From Magallana gigas (lineage: Eukaryota), in contig NC_088853.1 of assembly GCF_963853765.1 (NCBI RefSeq), positions 16,306,001 to 16,370,000 on the forward strand: 64,000 nt of DNA, given 5' to 3'. The position numbers and the translations under genes were made by a program. The notes below the pieces were generated by a model. The model was not told the origin of the DNA and did not search any database. It saw nothing but the letters and a program-made list of their open reading frames with translations. This document shows, piece by piece, positions 23,627 through 37,262 of the stretch (the stretch's first letter is position 1; every line of letters begins with the position of its first letter).

Positions 23627-26600
23627 CTTTAAATAATTAATTTTAAGTGTCTGTCAACCATTTGTTTTGAACATCATCAAAATGTTCATATATCGTTTTC
23701 ACTTTAAACATAGGATTGAGATTTTAATAATGTATATTTGTTTTCAATGGATCAGTTATTAAGGTGGAATAACACATTATCACAAAATGGCTGACTGCTT
23801 ATCGAAACAACATTTCGGTTTAATGAAAGGGTTTTATCGACTGCAACATGTAACTTTTTCATAGACGAGTGGATAAAGTGTCTGTCTTGTGATCCGTACA
23901 TCGCGGATATAAAACGATGGGTATTGACAAGTATTCGGCTGCGAAGAAAATTAGCCATTAGAAAATCACGTGATTCTTATAATCATTGCTCATTAAGGAA
24001 CGTCTATACAATGAGATATTCAATTATTTGTTAATAATCATTTTTTTAATCAGTACAATGAATCATATGCTTTAATATTTAAGTTTAATATTGCCTATCA
24101 GCTCTACACCCCCCCCCCCCCCCCCGTTCACAAAAGACATTCAAAGTTTTTGTAATTAACAAAAACCCATAATTATTTATCAACAGATTTTAATATTGTG
24201 ATATATGTATCTAAAACTGTTAATTTATTGTAATGAAATCATTTTATTAAATACTAGCAAAGCTACATATGCGAATGAAATGCCGGTATAAAGTCAATAC
24301 TGTAACTTTTGCACCACTCTGTATCAATCGAAACTTTTGGTACATACTATACGTGATATAGATCTATATTTAGCACTTGTGAATACACTGTGTAGCATAA
24401 GACTTAAATATCCTCATCGTACATAATTTTGATATGATAAATATGATGAGATAAATTGATTCAAGTTTCCAACAAAGAGTCACGCAGACGATAGTTTCTA
24501 CTTGTCATATTTGCATATTGCAGGCTTGAAATTGAAAGCATTTTATCGTTATAAAAAAATAATACTTCACTACAATCATTTACAGAAAATAAAGAAATCA
24601 ATTACCTTCTTCTTGCTCCGGCAAATTGATAAAATATCATACAGTTTTAGGGCCTATATAGTTGTTGGGTGTCTGAGCGTTATTGATAGATACATAACGT
24701 TATATCCTTTAAATAATAATACAAACGTTGCAAAGATAGAATGATTCTATGATTTATAAAAACCAAGTTACCTAGCTGCTAATTTTCTGCAATTTCCATG
24801 AATCGTTGATTGTGTTTTTATTAATGTGTTAATTAACAGATAAAAATGCTCTTACACAAAAAACAAATGGATATTTTTGATTATTGACCAAAATCTGATC
24901 TCAGTTTCTCTTCTATAGACGAAATACGCGAAGTGGTTACTCCAAATTGCATTACGATAAGAGACGATCTAAAACTAAAATTGATATTTGAACCCTTCCG
25001 ACAACGTCGCCTGGGACAACACTTTCAGGATAAGTACACCTTGCAATTAACTATTCTTGTACAGAAAATCGTCCCGGGCGACGAGGTCGGAGGTGTTTAA
25101 TTTTACTCATTTACATCAGATTGACCAGCAACAAGGCCATAAAATGGCATATCGACGTTACTTTGATGGATCATTTTCAACGCATGCGCATGATTGTGCC
25201 TATTCTAACATGGTATTACAAGTTATTATGACCTCCTCTTCATATTATATGCGGACAACTTATCGGAATCGCAAGATATTTTTTCCCATAAAACCGTGCA
25301 AATTCTTAAGGAAACCGTACCTAATTCTTTATCAAACACTCAAAGTTTGATATTTATCTCTATTGTGCACATAATATACAAACCATTGAACTGACAGTGA
25401 CTTATTAACCTGAAAACTATTGAATAAGTTATCTAGACAAACGATGCAGCATGGACGAAATAGAATATAAAACGTACTAAGTTAAATGAAAAATCCGGCG
25501 TTCGTGAGTTTATCTTCTAGCAATCTGCATAGAAATAAGGAATTTTTCATCATCGAATAGTACGCTCAACTTATCGACATTTACATTTTTTTAACTGGTT
25601 TGCATAAATCTTTATGTATTTTGTTACGTCTAAAAAAAGAAAAGAGGTCACAGCAGAGTCCTCTTAAATGCTTTTTTATGGCAATTTTAATAGCTCTACG
25701 AAAGTGTAAGGGTTTGTAATAAATATAAATTTTAACTGTTATATACACAGTGATTTATGTGCACGTGGGATAATTCTCTTCCCTATATATTGATATACGA
25801 ACTTCAACAGATCGGTTCTGTTAAAAGATACGCAGTGTATTCCAATTAATGTCATCTACAACAATTTATCTAATTCGTGCAGTTCATACTTTACGGACCT
25901 TTCCGGCACATTCTTCTAAGTTTCTTCTGTTCTATTTTTAAGCTATGTCATTGCATTTAATAATTTCGAGCTCACATATCCTGAAGTGTATTAATGTCTA
26001 GTTTTATTTTTTTTAAAAAGGGGGGGGGGGGGTAATTGTCACCTGCGTAATACATTTGAGGTGGATTTTTTTCAAGCTCTATCGGAAAGGCCCAAATAGT
26101 TCCGGTTGTCATCACCTGTTTTCAGTGTCTGATCATGTAGTAAGTTTATTAAAAGCACAAAAATCTATCATTCTTATTTAATTTTTTTATTGAACATAAT
26201 GTGTCCTTAACCTTGAACACTGACAGACAATTTTCAAAATCTAAATGCTAACATTAAAAGATAAGCAGAACGTAACGAACAAACTCTATACAAAAGTATT
26301 GTCTACCCTCATGATGGCAATACTATATAGAAAAATGTAGACGGTGTATCGCAATGGTTAGAACCAGATGTACGAGTCTCGGAATTTCAGCAGGACGTTA
26401 TAATTAATTTCTTGTGTCAGGACAATTAAAAAGATGACGCTGTTTATAAGCCGTGTTTATACACCGATGTCGTAGTCTTAACTCAAAAGCCAGATAAATC
26501 TTGTTGATTTCAACAACCATAGCTAAAAGGTCAATTATGAAATAGACATGCCTATGTCACATTACTATCCGAAGTTCTAGCTCTTGTTAAAATGGTTATA

Positions 26601-27279
26601 AACTATAATTGAAACTCAAAATTTAAATACAAACGTGATAGATGGCCATCCCTGAAAAAAAATCACATCAGTGTTATTTCAGATTTGAGATTATGCCACT
26701 CTCTCTATCTCTTGAATTCTTGGAAAATTATTTTCACCTTTAACATTGGCGGCAGGTTTGGCTGTAGACAAAATAAAAAAAATTTAAAATAGTTATAATA
26801 ATAGAAAAGCAATCAATTCAATTCCAAGGTTAATGTGGTTTGGTCTGACGTTGATGTATAGGCGGATTGACGAACGAAAAGGAGACACAGATCTGTACAT
26901 TGGCATTTTGTATGTGGATGGAACTGTAGCTTTAAGTAAAGTCAATCCGAATTTCCTGTGGAGCTATTTTTCTGCATCTACATTCAAAATCATAAACATT
27001 TTAATAAAATTATTTGTTAAAGTTCATTCGACAAAACCGTTATCGAAAGTCGCATGTCTTTGATCAAAACAGTTATATTTTATGTAGCATATTTTATATT
27101 ATTTTTATTTATAAATACATGTGTACCTCGATTATAAAACGATGTTCATTAAACAGTATGAAAATAACTGAGCAATTGTTGGATAAAAAGTTAGCAACGT
27201 TCTTCAACTTTCTTTGTTAAGTCAGATAAAATTGTGGAAGAAAAGTTCTCTTACATTCAGCTTTTTAGCTTAAAAACCA

Positions 27280-27850
27280 ATCGGAATGATACCTCAATGT
27301 ATGAAATATCTTAAATCAATTTAAGGATTGTTTGTTCATATTACGATCACGGGTTGCATGTTTACAGGACCTCAGACGTAAACATATATTACACAGAGGA
27401 AAATCTGGATTTAAATTTAACTTCATTTTTCTAGAATTATGCCTCTTTGTTTACATTTGTCAATTGTCAAACATAATAGACCCTGCTTTGGTAATTCAGA
27501 TTTCCATGTATAGTAAATGCATATCTCATTATGACTAGCTGAAGAAGTTAAACTGATAATTATGGCATTCATACATTTCATTCTGATTTGCATGTGCTTG
27601 CTACAGTGAATTATTGTGTGTTTTGAATAGGTTTTTGTACAAGATTTTTTTCTTTATTTTTATAGTAAATTGTCTAACGTCTAGGACTTTTGTCTAACAT
27701 ATATCATTATATATATATATATATATTATCAATTTATCTTGCCTTCAATTGCGTGTCTGTACCCCCTCAAAATTAAAATTTACAATGTACAAGAATACAT
27801 TTTCCTTTATATGCCAGTACATCCAATGTATATCAAGTTTTATCAACAAA
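27280..27850. mobile_element. Degenerate HINE-like element related to 5623-6044/11349-12200
   Basis: Shares ttatgcctctttgtttacattt, atgcatatct and tagtaaat..gtc motifs. Boundaries approximate. Confidence 0.45.
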
Positions 27851-28091
27851 ATGTAAAATAAACAGCACGTTTCTTTAATTATTTTTAACCAGTGTGGCCG
27901 ATCAACAGGGGATGCTTACTCCTCCTTATAAGGTAAAAAGAAAAGTTTACTGTTTCTAGCTGATGTTGCTTAGGTTTCTAGTTTATCTGAATTTGAACAA
28001 CGCGTTCAAAACAAATGAGTGTAATATATTTGTTCTTTGCTACAATTAAACGTACATTTTTGTATAATGTTTTTGTACGTTGAATACTCAC

Positions 28092-28760
28092 GCTCAGGGA
28101 AATTCATTATCATCGTCCATGTTATTGAGCTATAAATATCCTGATATGACTTTCCCCATCGTGCTCGAGGAATTGCAGCGGTATATCTTTTCTCCGACCC
28201 CAATCCAGTGCAAGCTGCTTGCGCAATTGTACGCTCCTCCCCAATTGCTAGAACCGTAGTGCCAATTGCTGCCAAAATAGATTGTCTTTTAACATTAGTT
28301 TTTAACACAATATTAGTTTTCTTTTTATATTATGCCATAATTATATAAATTATAAATATTTTGAAAATGTGTTGAATAAGTCTATATCCGTTTGCTGGCA
28401 ATATGAAATGTTCAAGGTTTTTTTTTAAATCTTTGAATTCTAAAAACGTGCTAGCGCTGGAAATAAACACATGAAGATTTTAGGCATTATTGAAATATTT
28501 GATATTTTTAATGACAATTTAGAACGATTGTATATACATGTATGATATTTTTTTATACCAGAGTATGCAAAAGAGCATAAAGTTTGATATCAGTCAAAAT
28601 AATACTGCTAACGTTTTGAAGTCATGTGTTTTAGAATATATATTTTTATACCGAGACAGCTTTTCAGTGACGTTACAAAAAAAAACCATACGTTTCACAG
28701 TACTTATCTTTCATAAAACCAACAAAAATCTTTGAAATCAGCTGACAAACTGTGTCCGAA
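28092..28760 (-). pseudogene. Pseudogenised paralog of the secreted Cys-rich (CGPNFCCC) gene
   Basis: Exon-2 homolog 28268-28092 (IGTTVLAIGEERTIAQAACTGLGSEKRYTAAIPR) with AG acceptor and GTGAGT donor, 177 nt versus 187 nt (frameshift), two Cys->Tyr. Exon-1 remnant at ~28708-28740 lacks the ATG and has a GT->AT donor. Confidence 0.85.
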
Positions 28761-29220
28761 AAAACAGGAATATACATCTCACGGATATATTAACATTTCT
28801 TGAGATATGCCCTTGTTTTCCGTCAAAAAATGAATACGTTAGCATATTTGCACATCTTGTTATTAATAATGGCAGCTGTCGAGCCAAATCAATCATTTAA
28901 TTATAGTTAAAATTTTTCATAAATATGTGAATATGTTGCATTCGTTTTAAGCACGAGTTACTATTGATTTCTAATGGGTGGGATAGTGCCCCTTTATGTA
29001 AATAACGATCACCTGAAAGGATTGGTAACTATTTCATAATGTTATGTGTAGTCATTCCTTACAGATATTACATTGGTTAACATAAGGATAACAACGTCTT
29101 AATACGTTTTTTTTAATAATTTGACATAGTGATTTAAGCTGAAGTAGCAAGGAACATTTTATATAAAGTAGTCGTCAGTATTTAAGACAGGCATACCCTT
29201 GCTCTAGTAAAATGTAAAAA

Positions 29221-29767
29221 CAAGTGAAAAGATGTAAATGTGACAGCAAACCAGGTTAAACTTTCCTTTTATGTGAACAGTATCCATTATCCATGTCAAC
29301 CCTGAATTGATAAACACTACCTACCGTATCCAGTGAAATGGAGTACCTTATATGCAATATTTTGCCAAAAATGACTAAGTTGAAAAGCTGGTATTTTTTT
29401 TTTTTTTATAAATTATCAAAAATCAAAATCCTAGCAATAAGTACAGCTCTGATATATGTACAATTGATCTGCAAAAGAACAACTTCCTATCATGAAAATT
29501 GTAGGAGGAGTTATCCGTACATTGAGGGTACCCTACGTGCAATATTTTGCTGGTATTTTTTTCATAAATTATCAGAAATCAAAATCTTAGCAATATGCTC
29601 ACCTCTGATACATGTACAATTAATCTGCTAAGAAACCAACTTCCTATCTTGAAAACTGTAGGAGGAGTTACACGTACAATAAGGGAACCCTTTTGGCAGC
29701 CGCCTGCCCGCCCGCCCGCCATTTTCATCACTTTAATAACCGGATTTTTCCGTTGGAAAACCCGGTT
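29221..29767 (+). mobile_element. HINE/pearl-like element with two tandem core repeats
   Basis: Core of ~160-185 bp repeated (gctggtatttt...aggaggagtt), (CCCG)n microsatellite, terminal hairpin aaccggatttttc-cgttg-gaaaacccggtt. Confidence 0.75.
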
Positions 29768-31009
29768 AGAAAATCATTATCCCGCTCCATCGCCAAGCCT
29801 ACATGATATACTACATGCAAGAAAATATTTGCTTATGTTTAATTTGTGTCCCTTCGAAATCTTTGTCACGGGCAAATTCAATACAGGGCCAATATTGACG
29901 TCTTTAATTATCTCTCTCTAAATACTGTTCATAGGCAAATTCAAGGTTGTCCGAAATTGCTTTAAAGTGTAGAAGGGCGAACATTGCAAGGGGCGAAAGT
30001 AACCAAGTTTACAGTATTTAGAATAATTTAAAGAGTAGATTGTACAATTAGAAATATGTTTGGGGGGTGGGGATTGAATTTTGTTTTTGTTGTTGTTGGT
30101 ATCTATACAATTTAATTGCAATATAATAAAGGAAGGGGGAGGGGTAATTCCTTCTTAAATATGTAGAATACGTTTAAAGTAAACTTAAAGTACATACATC
30201 CTCCCTTGATGATAAACAAAGATTTAAGGAGCCCTATTTTGGGCTTTTTGCGTAAACAAAAAACCAACAGCAAAACCTTGTATTCTCTAACCCTTTGTAA
30301 AACATCTTTAAAAATATGCCTACCGCTTCTATTTAACTTCATTCCATTTTCAGTTGGCCGAATTGCATAGCTTCAAACTGTGTCTAATTCCAGTATTAAA
30401 TCGTATTATTTATAGACATATTTACATTTTTTTTGCATGTAAGGTGTGTTGAAAGATACTGCAGTACATAAAGAGTATATTACGGTTAAAATGATGAGTG
30501 TTCTTACAACGCCACAAATGTTGAACGCTGTAAAATACAACATTACCAGCAAAGGTCAAATCTTTGCTTGTAATTGTAATAGTAGCTCTTCCATTCATAT
30601 AAACTGAACCTTTGTATAAAATAGGGTTTTTAACGTATAAATCACTTTTGCATACAATGCAAGAAGTTAAAAAATAAGCATTTAATTTTTTTTTTATATA
30701 GTCACATAACTGCAGCGGTGTGTGAATACAAATTTCAATATTTCGCTAACGTGGATAACTCAATACCTGTGCACACATTGCTGCAATTAGGAGACTATAT
30801 CTTTCAAGCAAAATGATTCAATGCTTAATTAGAATTTAGTGTACATATTATTCATCCTATTAGTCATGGGATTTATATTTTTAATTTCAATTTAGGCAAT
30901 GGTACTTGGAATGTTAGGGGGTAAATTGTTTTGGTTGTAACAATGTTAAACGATACACACATTTTCAGATTTGAAAGAAATTAAAGAGAGAGATATATAT
31001 ATATATATT

Positions 31010-31300
31010 TTTATTGCTGGTGACACAAAGCCGCCCGTCAATGTATACGTAGAGGATATCTCTCACAAGCTTCACTCGATGACGGGTCTTTCTGGCCTTT
31101 CTCTTAAGAGGGTATAATGTCTTTCTCTTCTCCTTATCTCTGGTGGGAACTGCTCATTAACCCAGATGTTGGATCCTTTTAGTTTCTTGGGTGCTTGGAA
31201 ACATACCAGTTTTCTATCCCTGAAGAATAAGAATTTAGCCACAATTTTTATTTGTTTCGTTCGAAATTCGTCTTTTTTCCCATCCTGTGCACTCGTTTGA
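31010..31300 (-). mobile_element. Fragment of a LINE ORF1 (L1-type RRM/CTD)
   Basis: IVAKFLFFRDR..KLKGSNIWVNEQFPPEI, then after a frameshift LVRDILY.IDGRL. Confidence 0.7.
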
Positions 31301-32757
31301 ACGAGATGTCCTGTGCAGCCAAATTGAAGATCGGTAATGACTTTATTCATGCACTAATTTAAAGGCAATACATCCAGTCTGAAATTCATTTACATCATAA
31401 CGATTTTTTAATATCACATATTGTCTATTATGCTAGAGTCAAATAGTGCAGAGCGATGTTTGATGAGGCAAACTATTTTTGGCAAGTTATTTCCTGTGTA
31501 TATTGACAATGTCATTATTATGTAGCTCACTTGTTCCCATGCTAATCCGATAAATAACAGATGGTACAATATCTTTTATGAAATGAAACTGCGAAGTAAT
31601 GTGTTATTAAAGTAAAATTATCTCCCCCTTATAATGCTTTTCAAATGAAAGTATGTTTGTTTCGTAAACTTACTTTACCATGTCAAACGAGTTTTTCTAA
31701 GAGAAGGTAGATAACTGAGACACCAGTCTCAGTTTGCAGCCACTAACAGCAGCCAATTAGCCTGTAGAAACTAGCAGCAAACGAGAAAAATTATCAAAGT
31801 ACTGAGAAAACTCGAACATAGAGCCATATTTGACTTTATCTTTGGAATACTTTAATAAACATTAAGACGATTAATGCATCAATAATCTGTGCTAGTATTG
31901 ATAACTGCAGAGATAGTAAATCTCTCTTGGACAAGAGTTATAAAATAAGTCTGCATTATAGAAGTTAAATCATTATTAATCTTTGTATATACGGGTAATA
32001 AGTTATAAAAAGAAGTGTTCTTGAAGATGTAGTGTAATTAAAAAAGGGAAAAAATTAGAATCATCGCATAAAGTAATATAAAAATAAGTGATAATATATA
32101 AGACATATGTTTTCGTTTAAAAGGTTATCCTTTCTTCTTTTTTAATCTTTTCATATCCTTGGAAACAACATGAATCGACAAATAAAAAAGAATCACTATT
32201 ATTACTGTTATCGGGCAATTTGATATCTAACATTGTGATTTTATTCCTCGCAGTCGAGAATTTTAAGGTTAAATTGGTATAACTTTAATTTAGGATATTG
32301 TTTTTATATACAGATTACTGCAACCAGTGTGTCCGTCAAAAATATTCAGAGTTACTTTATATTAAATGTCCTTGTTACCTCGGCCTAGTTGTTGAATTAT
32401 AGAAAGGCTTATTTAGACATTGTTAATTTTATGTTCAGAAATATAGAACGGATAAATACAATATTTATTACAAATGATTCCATTGATGCTTAGCGCACCC
32501 ACATGTTAATATGAAATATGTTACTATTCTATTGTTAACCAATTCTTTTAAATTATCATTATTTTGATGAACAAACACTATCCCACCCTTTGTGAATAAT
32601 AGCAACATGCGCTTTAATCGAAGACAACGTGTTTAAGTATCAATAACAAATTAAAACTATAATCAAACGATTGATTTGGATTGCAAGCTGTCATTTTTAT
32701 TAACAAGATGTGCAAATATGCGTTTGTGTTCAAATGAGACACTCCCTGAAAATTGAG

Positions 32758-32790
32758 TATAAAAGATATATATATCCATGTTTGTTCAGA
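32758..32790 (+). promoter_or_regulatory. TATA box + Inr-like motif of the Cys-rich gene
   Basis: TATAAAA at 32758-32764. The A of TCAGAC is 30 bp downstream (32788). ATG at 32841. Confidence 0.55.
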
Positions 32791-32840
32791 CACAGTTTGT
32801 CAGCTGATTAAAATATAGCTATAAGAAGCAACTGTTCAAC

Positions 32841-35800
32841 ATGGTTTCAAACATTTTTGTTGGTTTCATGATAGGTGAGTACTGTAAATTTATGGTAAAG
32901 GAATAATGTTAAGAGAAATATTTTATAGTACTAAATGTATGTCTTTGTTTCATTTGTATCCTATATTTTTTGAAAGGCGGTTGAATAGTAATTTAAGTCC
33001 GGAAGTTTCAATTTCAGGAAACACTGAATATGTTTAATGCAGGATTCATTCTTTTCCAAAGGTTATAGCTCTATTTAAGGTGGGTCGCAGGTTTACCCCA
33101 TAACAAATCTCACGACAAACGTGCCCTGAAAATTTGTTTAATCGTTATTTAGGATAAACAGATCATTATATATATTTTTGATCAAATTTGCCTACGATTT
33201 TTTATGCAATGCCGCTCTAAACTTTGTTTGTGGTGCTGTTTTGACGCTCTTCTAAGGAAATATATAGGAAAGATGAGCATATTTCTCTTTATATTCGAAA
33301 TCGAGTTATTTTGCGAAATTGCAAATATCCTCTAAAACTTATCAACTGTTTCTATGTGTACAGAAAACGTGATTTACAAATTATGTATGTAAAAAATCAT
33401 ATGTGTTCTGGCTAGATTTTATGTTTCTGATTATTCTACCAAACATTAGAGTAGCATGAGTTCGACGTCAACAATGTTAAACTGTTCCTATTACTCAGTG
33501 ATAGCAATCATTTAAACACTATATTCAGGACTTCTAAAGCTAAAACTTTTACCCATTTAATGTGCAAAGGACGATGCAGTTTCTTTTTACAAAACTATTT
33601 TCCACAGAACAAGAGAAAAGAGACAACTTTTTACTTACACGCACATATACCCATGTTCGAAAACATACCTTTGTAACAGTTCAAGTGACAATTTTCCTAG
33701 TGATTAGACCACCTACCGTCATAAAATTGCATATATACATATATTAAGACTTTTTAAGAATATGAAAGAGATTAAATATATTTTTATCATTATTTCAAAG
33801 TTTTTAATTGGGGCGCAGCCTCTCGTGTACCTCCGGTTTTATGTACATTAATTCATCTATTCAGTTGATATTGAAAAATATTCACAAGAAAAGTTAACTT
33901 TTACACTTTTATTCGAAATCAGATGATGCATTACATAATCTTCTAAATATCTTAAATCACGAAGAGAACGAAGGCATCAAATTTGTTAAGTGCAAGATTA
34001 TCCAGTTCACCTTTTCCATATTAATTTGCTCAGTCGGAATATAAGTTAAACATAATGTATATTGTAATCTTGAATCTAGAAAACGGATGATATTTGTAAG
34101 TTGTGGGCATTTATTTTGCTTATCAAGATCTTCACAACTAAGAAAATATAACTCGCCGACTGTACTCTTCCCAATTTTTCGGACAAAATGGTTACATGTA
34201 ATACTATAATAATATATTATTGATATATTATATGATATTATATTAATTCAACAACTAATCAATAATATTAGAAAATATAAATCCCCGCCTGTACTCTTCC
34301 CTTTTTTGGGATAAAATAGTTACATGTAATAATATAATAATATATCATTGATATATCATATCATTTTATATTAATTTATAGCTTTTGGCTTTAGAGTGTA
34401 ATGGGGAAACTTGAGATGTATCCGTTATGATGTCATAAACTAATGTTCACAAAAGGGCCATGCAAATTGTATAAATTGCGTACAGAATTTGATGACGAAA
34501 GCACACCCGCCGCCCATCTTAAGTGGGAACAATAAAACCTCTAAAAACGTTGCAATAGAAAACTCCATTTATTTAATCAAAGTACTGATAGTACTGAAAA
34601 GCGCTAACCCAGCTTCTGTTTGTAAAAGATATATGTATATAACATTTTAGTTTCTGTATACGCAATATATTTCCTCATCACTGCGTGGCAATGATGTATG
34701 TAAGCCCTGTACATCAAATTCACAGTAGCCCATACTAGCCCGTGCAGCTCCTGAAACTGGTTCCCTAACCAGTTTAAATGATGTAAACTTCTGCTCATAG
34801 GGGGCGGTTATTCCTTGCACCGGAAGTAGAAGTCTAACGACAATAAAGCGCTGAGCTATGCTTAGCGCTTTAAAAAGACTACATCTCAGATGAATTACTG
34901 ATTTGGTTACAATTAAATATTTTTTTAATCAAATATTATAATTAATTAATCTAATTAATCTAATCTAATCTAATTAATATCTTAATTAAATAAATTTTTA
35001 AATTAATAAGTTACCCTAAAAATTATATTGTTGTCTGAAACAAAATAAAAGAAAACATCAATACTTATAATATTATCGTTATCTCTCTTTGAACTCAATT
35101 TGTTGAGTTAAAATGCATTAAATTTGTGAAAGCAAGCATAGTGTTTAAACTATATTAAAAAAAAGATGTTGTCATTTCTGCTTTAACAGAGGTCAATACT
35201 CACAAGCGTCATTTATCGTTGAATAAACCCTTTAAGTTGGTATTTAGGGTGTTTACTATTTCCAACCTTTCGCATTAAAAAAAACATGGCCGTCAAATCT
35301 TAACAAAAAAGTTTGCTTGTTCTGCATCAAGGGGGTATCTTTTAGTCGTTTCGTCTAGCTTTTAAATTTCAGTAACTTCTCCGAGACTCAAACCAAAGCA
35401 AAACAGAATCAGATTAGGTGTAAATATAGAAAAGACATATTATCAAAGATGAAATAACCTAAAAATAGCATATCCTTTTAATTTGATTTGCCGTTCTAAA
35501 TTCATAAGAGTATTATAATTGAAGTGTTGGGAACGCAGATCATTGGAAGCATCGGCGATGATCATGCCATTGCAACATCTGCTTGCATTGGTCTATCATC
35601 AACTAGAAGATACACCGCCGCCATTCCCCGCGACTGTCATGGTGGGAAGTCGTGTAAAGATATCTGTTCATCTGTAAAAACCATGGATGAAAATAATGGC
35701 GGTTACGGAGCGTAAGNNNNNNNNNNNNNNNNNNNNNNNNNNNNNNNNNNNNNNNNNNNNNNNNNNNNNNNNNNNNNNNNNNNNNNNNNNNNNNNNNNNN

Positions 35801-36051
35801 NNNNNNNNNNNNNNNNNNNNNNNNNNNNNNNNNNNNNNNNNNNNNNNNNNNNNNNNAACAATAATATTGTACTTATCTCTCTTTTTTTTATTGGTAGCCC
35901 TCAATGCTTCAATGCTCTTCACATATATCCTGGTAATCGCGGCCCAAAAAACACTGCAAACACTAAATGGATCAACACATGGATCTATGGAGGCAATGAT
36001 GGGTGTACTCAAACACACTGCGGACCCAACTTCTGCTGTTGTTTATTGTAG
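32841..36051 (+). CDS. Uncharacterised small secreted cysteine-rich protein (124 aa, 10 Cys, C-terminal CGPNFCCC)
   Basis: Exons 32841-32874, 35525-35711, 35898-36051, phases 1 and 2, one frame: MVSNIFVGFMIVLGTQIIGSIGDDHAIATSACIGLSSTRRYTAAIPRDCHGGKSCKDICSSVKTMDENNGGYGAPQCFNALHIYPGNRGPKNTANTKWINTWIYGGNDGCTQTHCGPNFCCCLL*. AATAAA at 36062. An N gap lies inside intron 2. Confidence 0.85.
34141..34380. repeat. Tandem dimer of a ~129-bp unit
   Basis: agaaaatataa...tgtactcttccc...gttacatgtaata occurs twice. Confidence 0.8.
34598..34871 (+). mobile_element. Small HINE-like element (subterminal IR + hairpin)
   Basis: aaagcgctaa at 34598 is complementary to ttagcgcttt. Hairpin aaagcgctgagc-tat-gcttagcgcttt at 34845-34871. 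Confidence 0.4.
35717..35856. other. Assembly gap (140 N)
   Basis: Run of N, inside intron 2 of the Cys-rich gene. Confidence 1.
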
Positions 36052-37259
36052 TTAAATGAATAATAAACAGTTAGTCTGTCAATTTGGTCTTATTTCAGTT
36101 AAACATTTTCAGTACATCACTTCAAGAATTATAGCAGAAAGACAAACACAATGCTAGGCGTTAATCATCATATACAGTATAGACATTTTCCAGTACGGAG
36201 TAGTATTGTCGGTTTATTAAACTGGACAAGTAAAACATGAAAACAACACAGGAACTATTGCTCAAAGCCAAGCATAAGTTAAAGTATATCAGACCCTGTA
36301 CATTGAGTTATTACAAACAGTCCCATTAAATTCCCTGAAGCGGTAGGGAAGGTCAGACGGGTTAGAATTTTTATGTCTCAATCGAGTGCTCAGAAAGGTA
36401 TTGAATATGACGGTTTGTCAACTTAATTAATTACTGCATTAAATGCATCAAATTTTGTGCCTTTAATAGAATTTGAATGTATGGAATGACTGGTTCCAGG
36501 GTATTTACATAGAGGGAAGAATAGCATTCCGGTTTGAAGTCCAGCTGGTAGGGGACGACTTTGAAAACTTGTAATGCTTTTTGACGCCTTACCGGAATGT
36601 TATCCTTCCATCATTGGTGCGGAAGGCTAAAAAGGCCTTCTAAGTGTAATCTACCAAACCAATTGAGAGGACGGAATAATAAATCCGGAATAAGAAGGGT
36701 TTCAATCGAGCGCGCCCCCCTTAAACGATCCTTTAATGCTTTAAACATTTTCAGAAATATAGAATGTTAATTTGTTATTAAGAAAATCAATAATTTTGTA
36801 TTTAGAAAAAAACCAGTCATAACGGATTCCTAATACGCTTACTCTGACTCCTCGGTCAATGCAACGTTTTTCATTCATGAGCTTAACAATCTATAGGTTA
36901 TCTATTTGGTTAAACTGATGTTATGTGTTATGGCTTTGATCCACTTTGTTTTTATGAAAAAAGGGATACACAAGATTGAGATGCGTAGTAAATGGATAGG
37001 CGTTCAGTGACTGGCTTGAATAATAGTGATTTTGATTATATACTTTAAACAAAGCTGATTAGTCCGATTATGAAGCATATTTCGTATTTTATATGTATTT
37101 ATAAATGAATATTCTAATTGTTTCTTTGATTATTTTTTTTTTGTTTTTTTTTTTTTTTTGTAATGAATTTATTAATTTCATACAAGAACAGTTATATCAT
37201 AATGACAAAGCATGAAAGTTTTCAAAAAATGTTAAATGGCCTAAATTGAAAAAACTTGT

Positions 37260-37262
<3 letters not shown>

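Noticed and set aside
33078-34516. Possible large TTAA element (ggtgggtcgc ... gccgcccatc)
   Set aside because: The TIR match is too short and degenerate to support boundaries.
35687-36055. ORF-track proteins crossing the N gaps (also 21640-22003)
   Set aside because: Artefacts of X runs. The real exon 3 is in a different frame from 35687..36055.
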